A DNA stretch of 63,236 bases, the filler included, from Octopus bimaculoides (Eukaryota): assembly GCF_001194135.2 (NCBI RefSeq). It is 4 parts of 4 records of this genome, joined end to end, with 100 filler letters (N's around TTAATTAATTAA, not from the genome) between each part and the next. Parts side by side here need not be neighbours in the genome. Positions count along the whole stretch, not along the records: positions 35,410 to 53,890 come from NC_069006.1; positions 53,991 to 63,236 come from NC_069007.1; 2 more parts are not named here. One strand, 5' to 3'. A program made the translations under genes and the position numbers. Under the pieces are notes generated by a model. It was given only the letters and a program-made list of their open reading frames with translations, was not told the DNA's origin and did not search any database. The stretch's first letter is position 1. Each line of letters starts with the position of its first letter. Of the stretch, positions 50,640-62,886 are shown piece after piece.

Positions 50640-51020
50640 GTCTTTTACCTGTTTAAATGTTTCAGTCATTGGCCTGCGGCCATACTGGGGCACCACCTTG
50701 AAGGGATTTTCGTCGAAGAAATTGATCCCTTAAGTTATGTTCTTTTTATTTTATTTTTTCATTGAAAGCTGGTACTTACTGTATTGGTCTCCGTTGCCAA
50801 ACCGCTAAATTACGATGACGTAAACAAACGAACACAGGTCGTCAAGCGAATACGGGTGAAGAAACACAAAGACACACACACACATACACACACAAACACA
50901 TACATATGTATATACGTATACACGTCAGGATTCTGCCTTGTTTCCGTCTACCAAATTCACTCATAAGGTATTGATCGGTCCAGTGCTATGGTAGAAGACT
51001 CCTGCCCAATATGCCGCGCA
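50640..51020 (-). mobile_element. SINE family B, old copy
   Basis: TTTCAGTCATTGGCCTGCGGCCATACTGGGGCACCACC...TTTCCGTCTACCAAATTCAC. Confidence 0.8.
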
Positions 51021-51337
51021 TACAGCATCGATGGTGAGACATTTGAGACTATTGATCCAACCACTTCCAGGAAAGAGAGAGTACCAGGAAGAGATTTGAT
51101 TGTTTGACACTGCTACAAAAAATGTGGCCTTCTATCGGAAGTATCTTATTGACAACCTTTACTAGGAAATTTTCCATCAAATGATAAACACAGCCAACTG
51201 ATTAGTACCGACAGAAACAGACAGAAGTGGTTGCCGAAAATCGCCGGGCCAATTGCGTACTTGAATCTCATATATAAGCTGTGTATACGGCAACTCGTCT
51301 GAAACTGTTCTTGGATAATTGTGTGGGTGAGCCTGCT

Positions 51338-51925
51338 TAGTGTTATAGTATTACAGAGTCACAGTGCCATAGTGTCACAGCATCATAGAGTCACATTTCC
51401 ACAGCGCCACACTGTTGCAGTGACATGTTATAATGCCATAATATCCACAATATCACAGCGTCATCCCATAGTACAGGGTCATAGTGCCGCAATTTTATAG
51501 TGCTATTGTGCCATACTGTCAGTGTTATATAGTTATTGTGTTACAGCGTCAGTCCTACAGTGCCATAGTAACCCAATGAGTGTTATGATGTCACAGTGCC
51601 ATAGTTCCGCAATGTCAGGGCGTCACAGTGTTAATGTCATAGTTCTAGAGTGTCTTTGTGTCACAGAATTTCATTTCGACAGTGCAATTGTGCCGCAGTG
51701 ACATGTTGTTATAATGCCATACTGTCATAGCATCATTCCGCGGTACCACAGTATCATCGTGCCACTCTTCTACAGTGTCATTGTGTCATAATGGCAGCGT
51801 TAAAGTGCCACATTGCCATAGTTACACAAGTACCATAATGTTATAGTTTCGTAGTGTCGCAGTAGTGTCATATTATTGTCGTGTTATACTGTGGTGTCAT
51901 GATGCTGCGGTACTATTATAGTACC
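51338..51925. repeat. Degenerate ~8-bp minisatellite (consensus roughly TGYCAYAG)
   Basis: Recurrent TGCCATAG/TGTCACAG/TGTTATAG variants over ~590 bp. Confidence 0.8.
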
Positions 51926-52396
51926 TTTCAGTTGGTTACAGTCAAACTTTTCTTTGTTGAATGCTTTTCTGATCGTGTTGCTCTCGAAAAAGTGTAGCAA
52001 AACACTTTTTCTATAAAAGATGTTGTCTTTAGATTGGTGCATCTTCTGGGTGTCTTAAATTGCTTGATCGAATTCAGAACCGAGTTGTTAACATGGTGGG
52101 CCTTGTCCGTTTTTCTTGGTTAGAGTTTTTGGCTCATTGTCGTGTTATACTGTGGTGTCATGATGCTGCGGTACTATTATAGTACCTTTCAGTTGGTTAC
52201 AGTCAAACTTTTCTTTGTTGAATGCTTTTCTGATCGTGTTGCTCTCGAAAAAGTGTAGCAAAACACTTTTTCTATAAAAGATGTTGTCTTTAGATTGGTG
52301 CATCTTCTGGGTGTCTTAAATTGCTTGATCGAATTCAGAACCGAGTTGTTAACATGGTGGGCCTTGTCCGTTCTTCTTGGTTAGAGTTTTTGGCTC
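51875..52396. repeat. Near-perfect tandem duplication, 261-bp units (51875-52135, 52136-52396)
   Basis: One mismatch seen by eye (CCGTTTTTC vs CCGTTCTTC); no N gap at the junction. Confidence 0.92.
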
Positions 52397-52977
52397 ATTA
52401 TCGAAATGTAGCTTTGTTGTGTCTCTTCTATAAATATTTCAATAGTCATTAGTCTGATAAACTTTCTGCTCTAATTCCTTTTGTCAAGACCCTTAAACGT
52501 GTCACCTGCTTCTCTTCCCGAACACATCGTTTCTCTGTTGAACTACCATCTATTCTAATAGCTTCTTTCCTCAATCTTCTACTTGTCTGGAACTCACTTC
52601 TATCCTTTGTTTTCTTTTGCTCTATGATATTCAGTCCTTTAAACATTCTATCAATCAACACCTTTTGAATTTATGCGCCCCTTCTTTTCTTTCATTGGCC
52701 TCATGCCTTGTTTGGAACAAAGTCATTAAAAAAACAATTCAAGTCTATGAACGAAGTTAATTCTGGTCCCTGGTAGAATCTTTTCTCTATATTCTGGAAC
52801 CAGTTAGTATTATTGATGTTGTCGTTTGGTGGTAACAGCTACAAAATATCTTAATATCTGACTAATTTCAGTTTCGTCACAAAGTAACAGCTTGCATGTA
52901 TTTTTTTCCAGTTTCACTACTATTGTTACTATTATTATTATTATAAATCATCGTCGTCGTCGTCCTTCTTCTTCTTC

Positions 52978-53009
<32 letters not shown>

Positions 53010-53021
53010 CTTCTTCTTCTT

Positions 53022-53101
<80 letters not shown>

Positions 53102-53480
53102 ATTCACTACATCTTTCCTCCATTACAATTTGATTCGCCTTCGGCAAGTTTCTCTCGAATCCGACCACATTTTGCAGTTTTAGGAATTCAATAAATCCTT
53201 CCATTACTTTTTCTATTCATTATCTTAAGTCGTCGCCGTCATCGTCGTTATCAACATCATCATCAGCATCATCTGCATTATCGTCATCATCATTCCTTCT
53301 TCTTTGGTTTCTACTCTATTTGTTGTTGTTGTTGTTCTTGTTGTTGTTGTTGTTCTTCTTCTTCTGCCATGCTCCTTCCCCGCTCTTTCCCTCCCCTCCC
53401 CTTCCTTCCCATTCTCTTCTTTGCTTTTTCCTTCTCCTCTTCATTATCATCATTTTGGCCTTTTTTCTTCTCCTCTTCCT

Positions 53481-53523
<43 letters not shown>

Positions 53524-54021
53524 GTTACTCTTATTTCTTCCCCTCTCCTTCTTCCTCCTCGCCATATTCACTTCTGTTAAAGCCTAGCTTTGTTTTTAAT
53601 CTCAAGACAGCATATCATGTGTTGGAAATTAAGTACACACACATATACACTGTAAATAAAGATGGCTGCCATCGTCAATGGCCAACGGTACTGCCACTCC
53701 ATGACATCTTGCTCAAATGTTCACGAAAGATGAATCCAGTCCAGCAAAATTACTTTTTTATTGACATTTTATTACTTGAAACTTTTATTTCAGTTTCAAG
53801 TTTATTAAATTTCATTTCCTCTTTTTTCACCAGCTAAGAACTTGTGAATGGGAAACAGTCTACTACCTCAATCGTAACTGCTACTACTACNNNNNNNNNN
53901 NNNNNNNNNNNNNNNNNNNNNNNNNNNNNNNNNNTTAATTAATTAANNNNNNNNNNNNNNNNNNNNNNNNNNNNNNNNNNNNNNNNNNNNAGTAGCATTG
54001 TGGGAAGCAGCTGTTTATTCA

Positions 54022-54253
54022 AAGGCAGCGAGCTGGCAGAATCATTAGAGCGCCGGGTGAAATGCTTAGCGGTATTTCGTCTGCCGTTACGTTCTGAGTT
54101 CAAATTCCACCGAGGTCTCCTCTGCCTTTCATCCTTCCGGGGTCGATAAATTAAGTACCAGTTACGCACTGGGGATCGATGTAATCGACTTAATCCCTTT
54201 GTCTGTCCTTGTTTGTCCCCTCTATGTTTAGCCCCTTGTGGGCAATAAAGAAA
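54022..54253 (+). mobile_element. SINE family A, subfamily with alternative tail (...CCCCTTGTGGGCAATAAAGAAA)
   Basis: Full head AAGGCAGCGAGCTGGCAGAATC; same tail as 59696-59921. Confidence 0.92.
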
Positions 54254-54279
54254 CAAGCTGTTTATTCAAAGAATGTCAA

Positions 54280-54500
54280 AGCATGTGACCAAGAGGTTAA
54301 GATGCTGCATTCTCGATTGCATGACCATGGTTTCAATATCCAGATTGGGTAGTCTGGTGTGTTCTTGTGCCAAAACCCTTCATTTCCCATTGCTCCCAGT
54401 TCACTCAGCTGCGAACAAGTCACCCTGCAATGGACTGGTGTCCTGTTCAGGGAGGCTATTGTGACCCTATTTACCATGGCAACAAGGGTGATTAACCCAA
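54280..54500 (+). mobile_element. Old tRNA-headed SINE with V-domain-like body
   Basis: GGTTTCAATATCCAG head remnant; CCTGCAATGGACTGGTGTCCTGTTCAGGG (54424-54452). Confidence 0.55.
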
Positions 54501-54661
54501 TGAATCCAAGAGCTCAAATCAATGCTTACTTTTTTACTTCAGAGAATTCTGTATATCTATCAGAATTCTTGGTCTTTTATCAATTACACAAGCGCCACCA
54601 ATTTTCAGTTCCACATCATATTCAGCTAACAGAAATTTATTTATCTTTTATCTGTTAACCT

Positions 54662-55570
54662 TTACTTGTTTCAGTTATTAGACTGTGGCCATACTGGGGC
54701 ACCACTTTCAAGAATTTTTAGTCAAACGAACTAACCCCAGCATTTATTTTTTCAAAACCTGGTACTTATTCTATCAGTCTCTTTTGCTGAACTGCTAAGA
54801 TACGGGGACATAAACACACCAACACTAGTTGTCAAACAGTGGTGGGGGACAAACACCAACACGCACATGCACGCACACACACACAGAGTTCTTTTAGTTT
54901 CTGTCTACCAAATCCACTTAGTAACCAAAAGAATAGGTACCATACTTAAAAAAAAAAACATAAGTTACAGGATTAATCCATTTTACTCTTTACTCTTTTG
55001 TTTCAGTCATTTGACTGTGGCCATGCTGGAGCACCGCCTTTAGTCGAGCAAATCGACCCCAGGGCTTATTCTTTGTAAGTCTAGTACTTATTCTATCAGT
55101 CTCTTTTTGCCAAACCGCTAAGTCATGGGGACGTAAACACACCGGCATTGGTTGTCAAGTGATGGTGGGGGGAGAAACACAGACACACAAACACATATAT
55201 ATATACATATACATATATACGACAAGCTTCTTTCAGTTTCCATCTACCAAATCTACTCACAAGGCTTTGGTCGGCCCGAGGCTATAGTAGAAGACACTTG
55301 CCCAAGGTGCCACGCAGTGGGACTGAACCCGGAACCATGTGGTTGGTAAGCAAGATACTTACCACACAACCACTCATGTGCCTAAAATCCTTCAATCTTG
55401 TGCCCCAGCATGGCCACAATCCAATGATTGAAACAAGTAAAAAATAAACAGTAAGATAAGGTTTTGGTCAGCCCAAGACTGTACTAGAAGACACTTTTCC
55501 TAGGTGCCATGCAGTGGGAATGAACCTGGAACCATATGGTTGGGAAACAAGCTCGTTACCACACAGCCAC
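54662..55570 (-). mobile_element. Cluster of three SINE family B copies (~54662-54915, ~54990-55375 full length, ~55460-55570)
   Basis: Direct homology to family B. Confidence 0.88.
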
Positions 55571-55904
55571 ATCTGGAAAAATAACTACAAAATATTTTTA
55601 AAATTTTATTATTGTTTTGCGTTGGTATTAGCAATTTCGTATTTTGTGGAAGAACTAACTTTGAAGTTATAAAATAAGATACGTGACCCAACTCTATTCA
55701 ATGTGTCACATGTTGGTTGGATGGATGCATGGACGGACGGACGGACAGATGGGTTACTGGTTAAATGAAAAAGAAAAAAAGTCTAAAAATTCGGTTAAAC
55801 AGAAGTAAAAGGAAAAACAAGTTGAATTTTATAGAAATACATTCGTATAGAGACGTGGTATCATAATTGTTCTGTGTATTGATTGGTAACTCTAATGATC
55901 GTTA

Positions 55905-56420
55905 GAGAGAGAGAGAGATGTTATTGTGCTAATGATTATGTATGGAGAGAGAGAGGTAGAGGAAGAAAGAGAGAAATGGGTGTAGAGGGAGAGAGAGGGG
56001 TGGAGAGAGAAATGGGGAGAGAAGAAACGGGATTAGAAGGAGAGAGACAAGGGTCAAGAGGGAGAGAAAGGGGAGCAGAGAATGGGAGAGACTAAGATGG
56101 GAAGAGAGTGAGATGAGGAGAGAGGGAATGAAGGAAAGCCAGAGTGAGAAAGAGAAAAAAGAGAAATAGAAAAGGAAAGAGAGAGAGAAGCAGAGAAAGA
56201 AAGTGAGAGAGAGAGAGAGAGAAAGAAAAAGAGAGAGTGAGAAAAGAGATAGAGGGGAAAGAGAGACAGAAAGGCACAAGGAGAAGGAGAGACACCAACA
56301 GGATGACAGAGAGAGAAAGAGAGTGATAGAGAGATAGAGAGAGAGAGAGAGTAAAAGATAATGAATGAAAATGAAAGAGAATAGTTAAAGGAGAGAGAGA
56401 GAGGGAGAGGCAGAGTGAAA
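55905..56420. repeat. Polypurine (GA-rich) low-complexity tract; similar tracts at 14320-14645 and 36300-36960 (CT-rich)
   Basis: Direct reading. Confidence 0.9.
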
Positions 56421-56872
56421 GAAATATATTCAAACGCTGACAACATATGGTGAAAAGTTATTTTCCCTGTATGTTTATTTTGCCAATTCTTTTATTCTCC
56501 AATTCTTTCCATTCAGATCAATATCGAAGAGGAAATGTTCCTTCCTGTTTTATTACAACAGAATGGGAAAAACAACAACAAAAAAAAAGGGGCCTTTATT
56601 CCCCAAATGTAGCATCGTACTTGTAAACAGACTCACTCTAAACATACACTTGTGGCTTGGAAAAACAATAGATAGGTGAGGGCTTGTGCTCTTTGTTGTT
56701 GGGGTCTCTTGACTGAAATTTGTAGCTGGCTCTCCAGTATCAGGAGGGCTTCAACCTCCATGTCTTTTAGTTGCTTCAGTCACTGGAATGTGGCCATGCT
56801 GGGGCACTGCCTTGGAAGCTTTAGCTGGATAAATTGACCTCAGTGCCTTTTTTAAAAAAAGTCTACTGCGTG

Positions 56873-56903
<31 letters not shown>

Positions 56904-57707
56904 NNNNNNNNNNNNNNNNNNNNNNNNNNNNNNNNNNNNNNNNNNNNNNNNNNNNNNNNNNNNNNNNNNNNNNNNNNNNNNNNNNNNNNNNNNNNNNNNN
57001 NNNNNNNNNNNNNNNNNNNNNNNNNNNNNNNNNNNNNNNNNNNNNNNNNNNNNNNNNNNNNNNNNNNNNNNNNNNNNNNNNNNNNNNNNNNNNNNNNNNN
57101 NNNNNNNNNNNNNNNNNNNNNNNNNNNNNNNNNNNNNNNNNNNNNNNNNNNNNNNNNNNNNNNNNNNNNNNNNNNNNNNNNNNNNNNNNNNNNNNNNNNN
57201 NNNNNNNNNNNNNNNNNNNNNNNNNNNNNNNNNNNNNNNNNNNNNNNNNNNNNNNNNNNNNNNNNNNNNNNNNNNNNNNNNNNNNNNNNNNNNNNNNNNN
57301 NNNNNNNNNNNNNNNNNNNNNNNNNNNNNNNNNNNNNNNNNNNNNNNNNNNNNNNNNNNNNNNNNNNNNNNNNNNNNNNNNNNNNNNNNNNNNNNNNNNN
57401 NNNNNNNNNNNNNNNNNNNNNNNNNNNNNNNNNNNNNNNNNNNNNNNNNNNNNNNNNNNNNNNNNNNNNNNNNNNNNNNNNNNNNNNNNNNNNNNNNNNN
57501 NNNNNNNNNNNNNNNNNNNNNNNNNNNNNNNNNNNNNNNNNNNNNNNNNNNNNNNNNNNNNNNNNNNNNNNNNNNNNNNNNNNNNNNNNNNNNNNNNNNN
57601 NNNNNNNNNNNNNNNNNNNNNNNNNNNNNNNNNNNNNNNNNNNNNNNNNNNNNNNNNNNNNNNNNNNNNNNNNNNNNNNNNNNNNNNNNTATATATATAT
57701 ATATATA

Positions 57708-58180
57708 GGCATGGCTGTGTGGTAAGAAGCTTGCTTCACAACCACATAGTTGCAGGTTCAGTTTCACTGCATAGCACCTTGGGGAAATGTCTTTACTATA
57801 GTAGCCTCGAGTTAACCAAAGATTTGTGAGCGGATTTGGTAGACAGAAACAGATTGACTCTAGTAGTTTGGTGTTTTCTTAGAGTCTACTACTTATTCAA
57901 TCAGTCTGTTTTGCTGAACTACTAAGTTGCAAGGATGTAAACAAACTAACAAAGGTTGTCAAGTGATGGGGGTAGGCCAAACACCAAGGTAGAGAGGGAG
58001 AGAGAGACACACACATACACACACAAATGCATAAACAAGCTTCAATGCAGTTTCCACCAACCAAATTCATTAAATGTGGCTACAATAGAAGACATTTGTC
58101 CAAGGTGCCATGCCGTAGGACTGAACCGAAATCCTTGTGGTTGGGAAGCAGACTACTTAACCATGAAGCTACACAACCAT
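57708..58180. mobile_element. Two old SINE family B copies in opposite orientations (~57708-57850 +, ~57880-58180 -)
   Basis: GGCTGTGTGGTAAGAAGC head on +; AATAGAAGACATTTGTCCAAGGTGCCATGC on the reverse copy. Confidence 0.75.
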
Positions 58181-58619
58181 GCAACTATGCATTGTCATTG
58201 GTAAAAATTCTAAACAAGTCTTAAAACAATGAAATCTGTTTCTATGTTGAAATGATGACAGCAGACTCATCAGGTGATTTTTATCACGATTAAAATAGCA
58301 GGCCATCTTATTAACAGAAAAAAAAAAAAAATAAAACAAAAAGAAAAAAACAGACATTATCAGTGAAGTGCATATATTTGTAGGCCAATTATTAATTAGC
58401 TTCGAAATTTTAGATTGTATTTGAAATTAATTAAGTGGATTTTTGATAACACACTAACCTAACTCTAATATGAAAAATTATTTTTTTTACGTTCCTCCTC
58501 TTCATCACCATCATTAATGTTGTTTTCTTGCTTGCATGATGGAGTTTACTGAGGTAGATTATCAATAGTTGGATGCCTTTCCTGTCACCAACCCACGCCT
58601 GTCTCCAAGCAAGGTAATA

Positions 58620-59263
58620 CAGGGTGTATTATCTTTACATCTACCACAAACATTGTCTGGATGTGTTGCATGCAACCAATGGAACCCATGTAGAAGTGAT
58701 CAGATGACTTTTAATACAACTTTATTCGCTTGCTGGTGGAGGTGCAATGGCCCAGTGATTAGGGCAGCAGATTCGCCGTCATAGGATCGTGGTTTCGATT
58801 CCCAGACCAGGCGTTGTGATTGTTTATTGAGTAAAAACACCTAAAGCTCCACNNNNNNNNNNNNNNNNNNNNNNNNNNNNNNNNNNNNNNNNNNNNNNNN
58901 NNNNNNNNNNNNNNNNNNNNNNNNNNNNNNNNNNNNNNNNNNNNNNNNNNNNNNNNNNNNNNNNNNNNNNNNNNNNNNNNNNNNNNNNNNNNNNNTGCTG
59001 TACTCTTTCACCACAACTTTCTCTCACTCTTACTTCCTGTTTCTGTTGTGCCTGTAATTCAAAGGGTCAGCCTTGTCACACTGTGTCACGCTGAATCTCT
59101 CCGAGAACTACGTTAAGGGTACACGTGTCTGTGGAGTGCTCAGCCACTTGCACGTTAATTTCACGAGCAGGCTGTTCCGTTGATCGGATCAACTGGAACC
59201 CTCGACGTCATAAGCGACGGAGTGCCCACAACATATTTGTGTGTGTGTGTGAAGGCGATTGGC

Positions 59264-59297
<34 letters not shown>

Positions 59298-59443
59298 GGC
59301 GATTGGCCTAGTTACACTTATGATTGTGCCAATAAGAACAAATTTGCTTGCTGATATTTTTCGATAAGCTTTGCTGAGTTATCATTATTTTTCATTGTTT
59401 ACTGAATGTTCCAAATTGTAAAGATAATTTATGGACACCCTGT
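58620..59443. mobile_element. Tc1/mariner-type MITE with TA duplications, carrying a SINE C insertion
   Basis: TA-CAGGGTGT-ATTATCTTT-ACA at the left vs TGTAAAAGATAATTTATGGACACCCTG-TA at the right (inverted, with a small deletion on the left). Confidence 0.7.
58738..59232 (+). mobile_element. SINE family C (gap inside)
   Basis: GGAGGTGCAATGGCCCAGTG head; ...GACGGAGTGCCCACAAC tail. Confidence 0.9.
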
Positions 59444-59569
59444 ATTTTTCTATAAACAGAAATGTTTTTTTGTGAAATAATGGATATTGAAAATCACTCA
59501 TTAACAGTGATCACACAATGTCAAGACAAGGTGCAAACATGTGCACTCACACACACACACATTAGATGG

Positions 59570-59980
59570 ACTTTTGCACAAGCTTCTTTCAGTTTCCACC
59601 TACCAAATTTACTCACAAGGCTTTGGATGGCTGAAGGCTATAGTAGAAGACACTTGCCCAAGGAATCATGCAGTAGGACTGAATCCCAAACTTCTCATTT
59701 CTTTATTGCCCACAAGGGGCTAAACATAGAGGGGACAAACAAGGACAGACAAAGAGATTAAGTCAATTACATCGACCTCAGTGTGTAACTGGTACTTAAT
59801 TTATCGACCCCGAAAGGATGAAAGGCAAAGTCGACCTCGGCATAATTTGAACTCAGAATGTAACGGCAGACGAAATACCGCTAAGCATTTCGCCCGGTGT
59901 GCTAACGATTCTGCCAGCTCGCTGAATCCCAAACTTCTGCCAGCTCACCAAAGTCCTAAACTTCTTACCACACAGCCACG
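59570..59980 (-). mobile_element. SINE family A (59696-59921) nested in the head of a SINE family B
   Basis: The B sequence resumes after the insert (AAACTTCTTACCACACAGCC); 17-bp CTGAATCCCAAACTTCT duplicated at 59679 and 59922. Confidence 0.88.
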
Positions 59981-60299
59981 AAATTCACTTAGCTGTCTCG
60001 ATATAATTTCATATATTACAACAGATATTTCTAATTAGAAAACAAGAACTGCGATTCAATCATAAATTGTCTTTGCACATAAAAGCAAGCATAATTAGAG
60101 GGCAAAAAATATTTTTGGCAGACATATTTTCACAAATTACAATGTATCGAAGTAAACTATATATATATAAATATAAAATGATTAATTAATTTGAATAATT
60201 TATAGTATAGACTACTTAACGAAAGGCAGCTGTAATAACTGTGCTTTATCACTTTATCACACTCTCTTGATAGATAAATGTGTGTGTGTGTGTGTGTGT

Positions 60300-60550
60300 G
60301 TATGGCCTAGTGGCTATGGTGTTGAACTCACAATCTAGTGATTGAGATTTCAATTCCTAGACTGAGTGGTATGTTGTGTTCTTGAGCAAAACACTTCACC
60401 TCACACTGCTCTGGGATCACTTCAACACCTGACATGTGGCACACCTGTTGCACCTGTTCAGACAGCGTTGATTTGACGGAGACTGAGCTAATGTGTGGTA
60501 TGAACATTTGATCACTATAAGCAAATCATTTGTACCAGTCATTCAGCAAA
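60300..60550 (+). mobile_element. SINE family G, 3' end interrupted by SINE C
   Basis: Homologous to 19718-20010 (CTGACATGTGGCACAC, CATTTGATCACTATAAGCAAATCA). Confidence 0.75.
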
Positions 60551-61198
60551 AGCAATGGCCCAGTGGTTAGGGCAGCGGACTTGCGGTCATAGGATCGCGG
60601 TTTCGATTCCCAGACCGGGCGTTGTGAGTGTTTATTGAGCGAAAAAACACCTAAAGCTCCACGAGGCTCTGGCAGGGGATGGTGGGCGAACCCTGCTCTA
60701 CTCTTTCACCACAACTTTCTCTCACTCTTACTTCCTGTTTCTGTTGTGCCTGTAATTCAAAAGGGCCAGCGTTGTCACACTGTGTCACGCTGAATATCCC
60801 CNNNNNNNNNNNAAGCAATGGCCCAGTGGTTAGGGCAGCGGACTTGCGGTCATAGGATCGCGGTTTCGATTCCCAGACCGGGCGTTGTGAGTGTTTATTG
60901 AGCGAAAAAACACCTAAAGCTCCACGAGGCTCTGGCAGGGGATGGTGGGCGAACCCTGCTCTACTCTTTCACCACAACTTTCTCTCACTCTTACTTCCTG
61001 TTTCTGTTGTGCCTGTAATTCAAAAGGGCCAGCGTTGTCACACTGTGTCACGCTGAATATCCCCGAGAACTACATTAAGGGTACACGTGTCTGTGGAGTG
61101 CTCAGTCACTTGTATGTTAATTTCACGAGTATGGCTGTTCCATTGATCGGATCAACTGGAACCCTCGACGTTGTAAGCGACGGAGTGCCAACAACAAC
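60551..61198 (+). mobile_element. SINE family C; first ~250 bp assembled twice around an 11-N gap
   Basis: 60550-60801 appears identical to 60813-61064. Confidence 0.9.
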
Positions 61199-61930
61199 AG
61201 TATGTATATATGTATGTATATATGTTTGTGTATGTGTGTGTATTTGTGTAGTTAAACTAAAATACACAAAACCAAATATTTAATCTTTATTGACTACCAA
61301 AGTCAATTTCGTTGTCAATATTTAAACATTGAGAATCTTTAATTAGTCTTTATTACATCTTGCTTGATAAAACAGAGCAAGGCAACATTTCACTTTTTCT
61401 CTCTATCTTACATCATAGCATGAAGAAATATGGTAAGGTATTGAATTCCTAAGATCTATAGTTTTTAGCCACTACCACCCTCCCACCATGTTCTGTAGCA
61501 AAAATTATTTCCTTTCCCTTTTTGAAGGTGATATAAGCTGTTATTTCTAGCTTGATCAGAGCTCATGGTGAGACTCAATTGTTAGCAATCATACAGTCAT
61601 TTTTACATGTTTTTATTTCTAAGACTAAGTGTAATTTGACCAAGGTTTTTGACTGCTCTTTCTAGTTTCTTTGAAGACCACGTAGAGACTCTCATTGACT
61701 AAAAGTGTTTACTACTAGTTGTGGTTGCCATGGTTATTGGATCACATCGCTCAATGTGTCCTTTTCTTTTTGCTTTTAGAGACTGTTGGGTGACTGAGAC
61801 TTTAAACTGCTATTTCTAGCCCGTCAGATGACCATATAGAGTTCCTCATCAAAAGCATTCCCATTATGACCATCCTGTTGGTATTTTATGTCCAAGGAAC
61901 CCCGGCCTACTTTATCTGAGGCATCCATTT

Positions 61931-62532
61931 TTAATCTTTTAGCATATCCAGCCCAGATATTCTATATGTTTTGTGTTCAAACTGGCCAGATCTGGCCTCG
62001 CACACCTACCCTACAATGTCATTTTAAAAATACAAGGGCACATTATCAAAATTTCAGTGATACAGGAGTGGCTGTGTGGTAAGTAGCTTGCTTACCAACC
62101 ACATGGTTCCGGGTTCAGTCCCACAGCATGGCACCTTGGGCAAGTGTCTTCTATTATAGCTTCGGGCCGACCAAAGCCTTGTGAGTGGATTTGGTAGACG
62201 GAAACTGAAAGAAGCCCATCATACATATGTGTATATATATATATGTGTATGTGTGTGTTTGTGTGTCTGTGTTTGTCCACCAACATCGCTTGACAACCGA
62301 TGCTGGTGTGTTTATGTCCTCGTAACTTAGTGGTTCGGCAAAAAGAGACCGATAGAATAAGTACTAGGCTTCCAAAGAATAAATCCTGGGGTCAGTTTGC
62401 TCGACTAAAGGCAGTGCTCCAGCATGGCCACAGCCAAATGACTGAAACAAGTAAAAGAGTAAAGCGAATGTGTATAAAATGTGGAGAAATAAGCATTACA
62501 TTTGACTGAGTAATCTGAGCCCTAAGGGTTAA
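61931..62532. mobile_element. Possible piggyBac-like MITE interrupted by SINE B
   Basis: TTAA-TCTTTTAGCAT at the left, CCTAAGGG-TTAA at the right (degenerate CCCTT/AAGGG ends in TTAA). Confidence 0.45.
62064..62464 (+). mobile_element. SINE family B, full length
   Basis: GGAGTGGCTGTGTGGTAAG...GGTTCAGTCC (A/B boxes) through the ACAAGTAAAAGAGTAAAG tail. Confidence 0.95.
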
Positions 62533-62886
62533 GAGAGAAAGAAATGACTTTAAGGTTTGAGACTGTTATTTCTAGCATTTTGAGTGACCACACACAGGTT
62601 CCTTTTTCTTGCTAAAAGTGTTATTTGATTTAGAGATATGTATAAAAAAAAGGTTGTTAAAAATGGAGATAATGATTGATAACGAATAGGCCGTAATCAA
62701 TTTTTCATTTTTTTACCATCTTACTTATGAAATCCTATAAAAGAATCAATGAGGAACTTGATAATGGTCAAGATATAGACTTAGTGGTGCCAACAGGAAG
62801 AATTCCAATGCCATAAAGCAAGGAGAGAGAGAAAGAGAGGGGAGAAGAGAGAGAATGTTAAATAAATATATATATATATATGCGCA

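Noticed and set aside
60550-61064. Apparent tandem duplications around 10-11-N gaps (also 2950-3050 and 25612-25760)
   Set aside because: Sequence on both sides of a minimal gap is repeated, typical of unmerged overlapping contig ends. The 25.6-kb pair differs at three C/T sites, suggesting haplotypes or different SINE copies.
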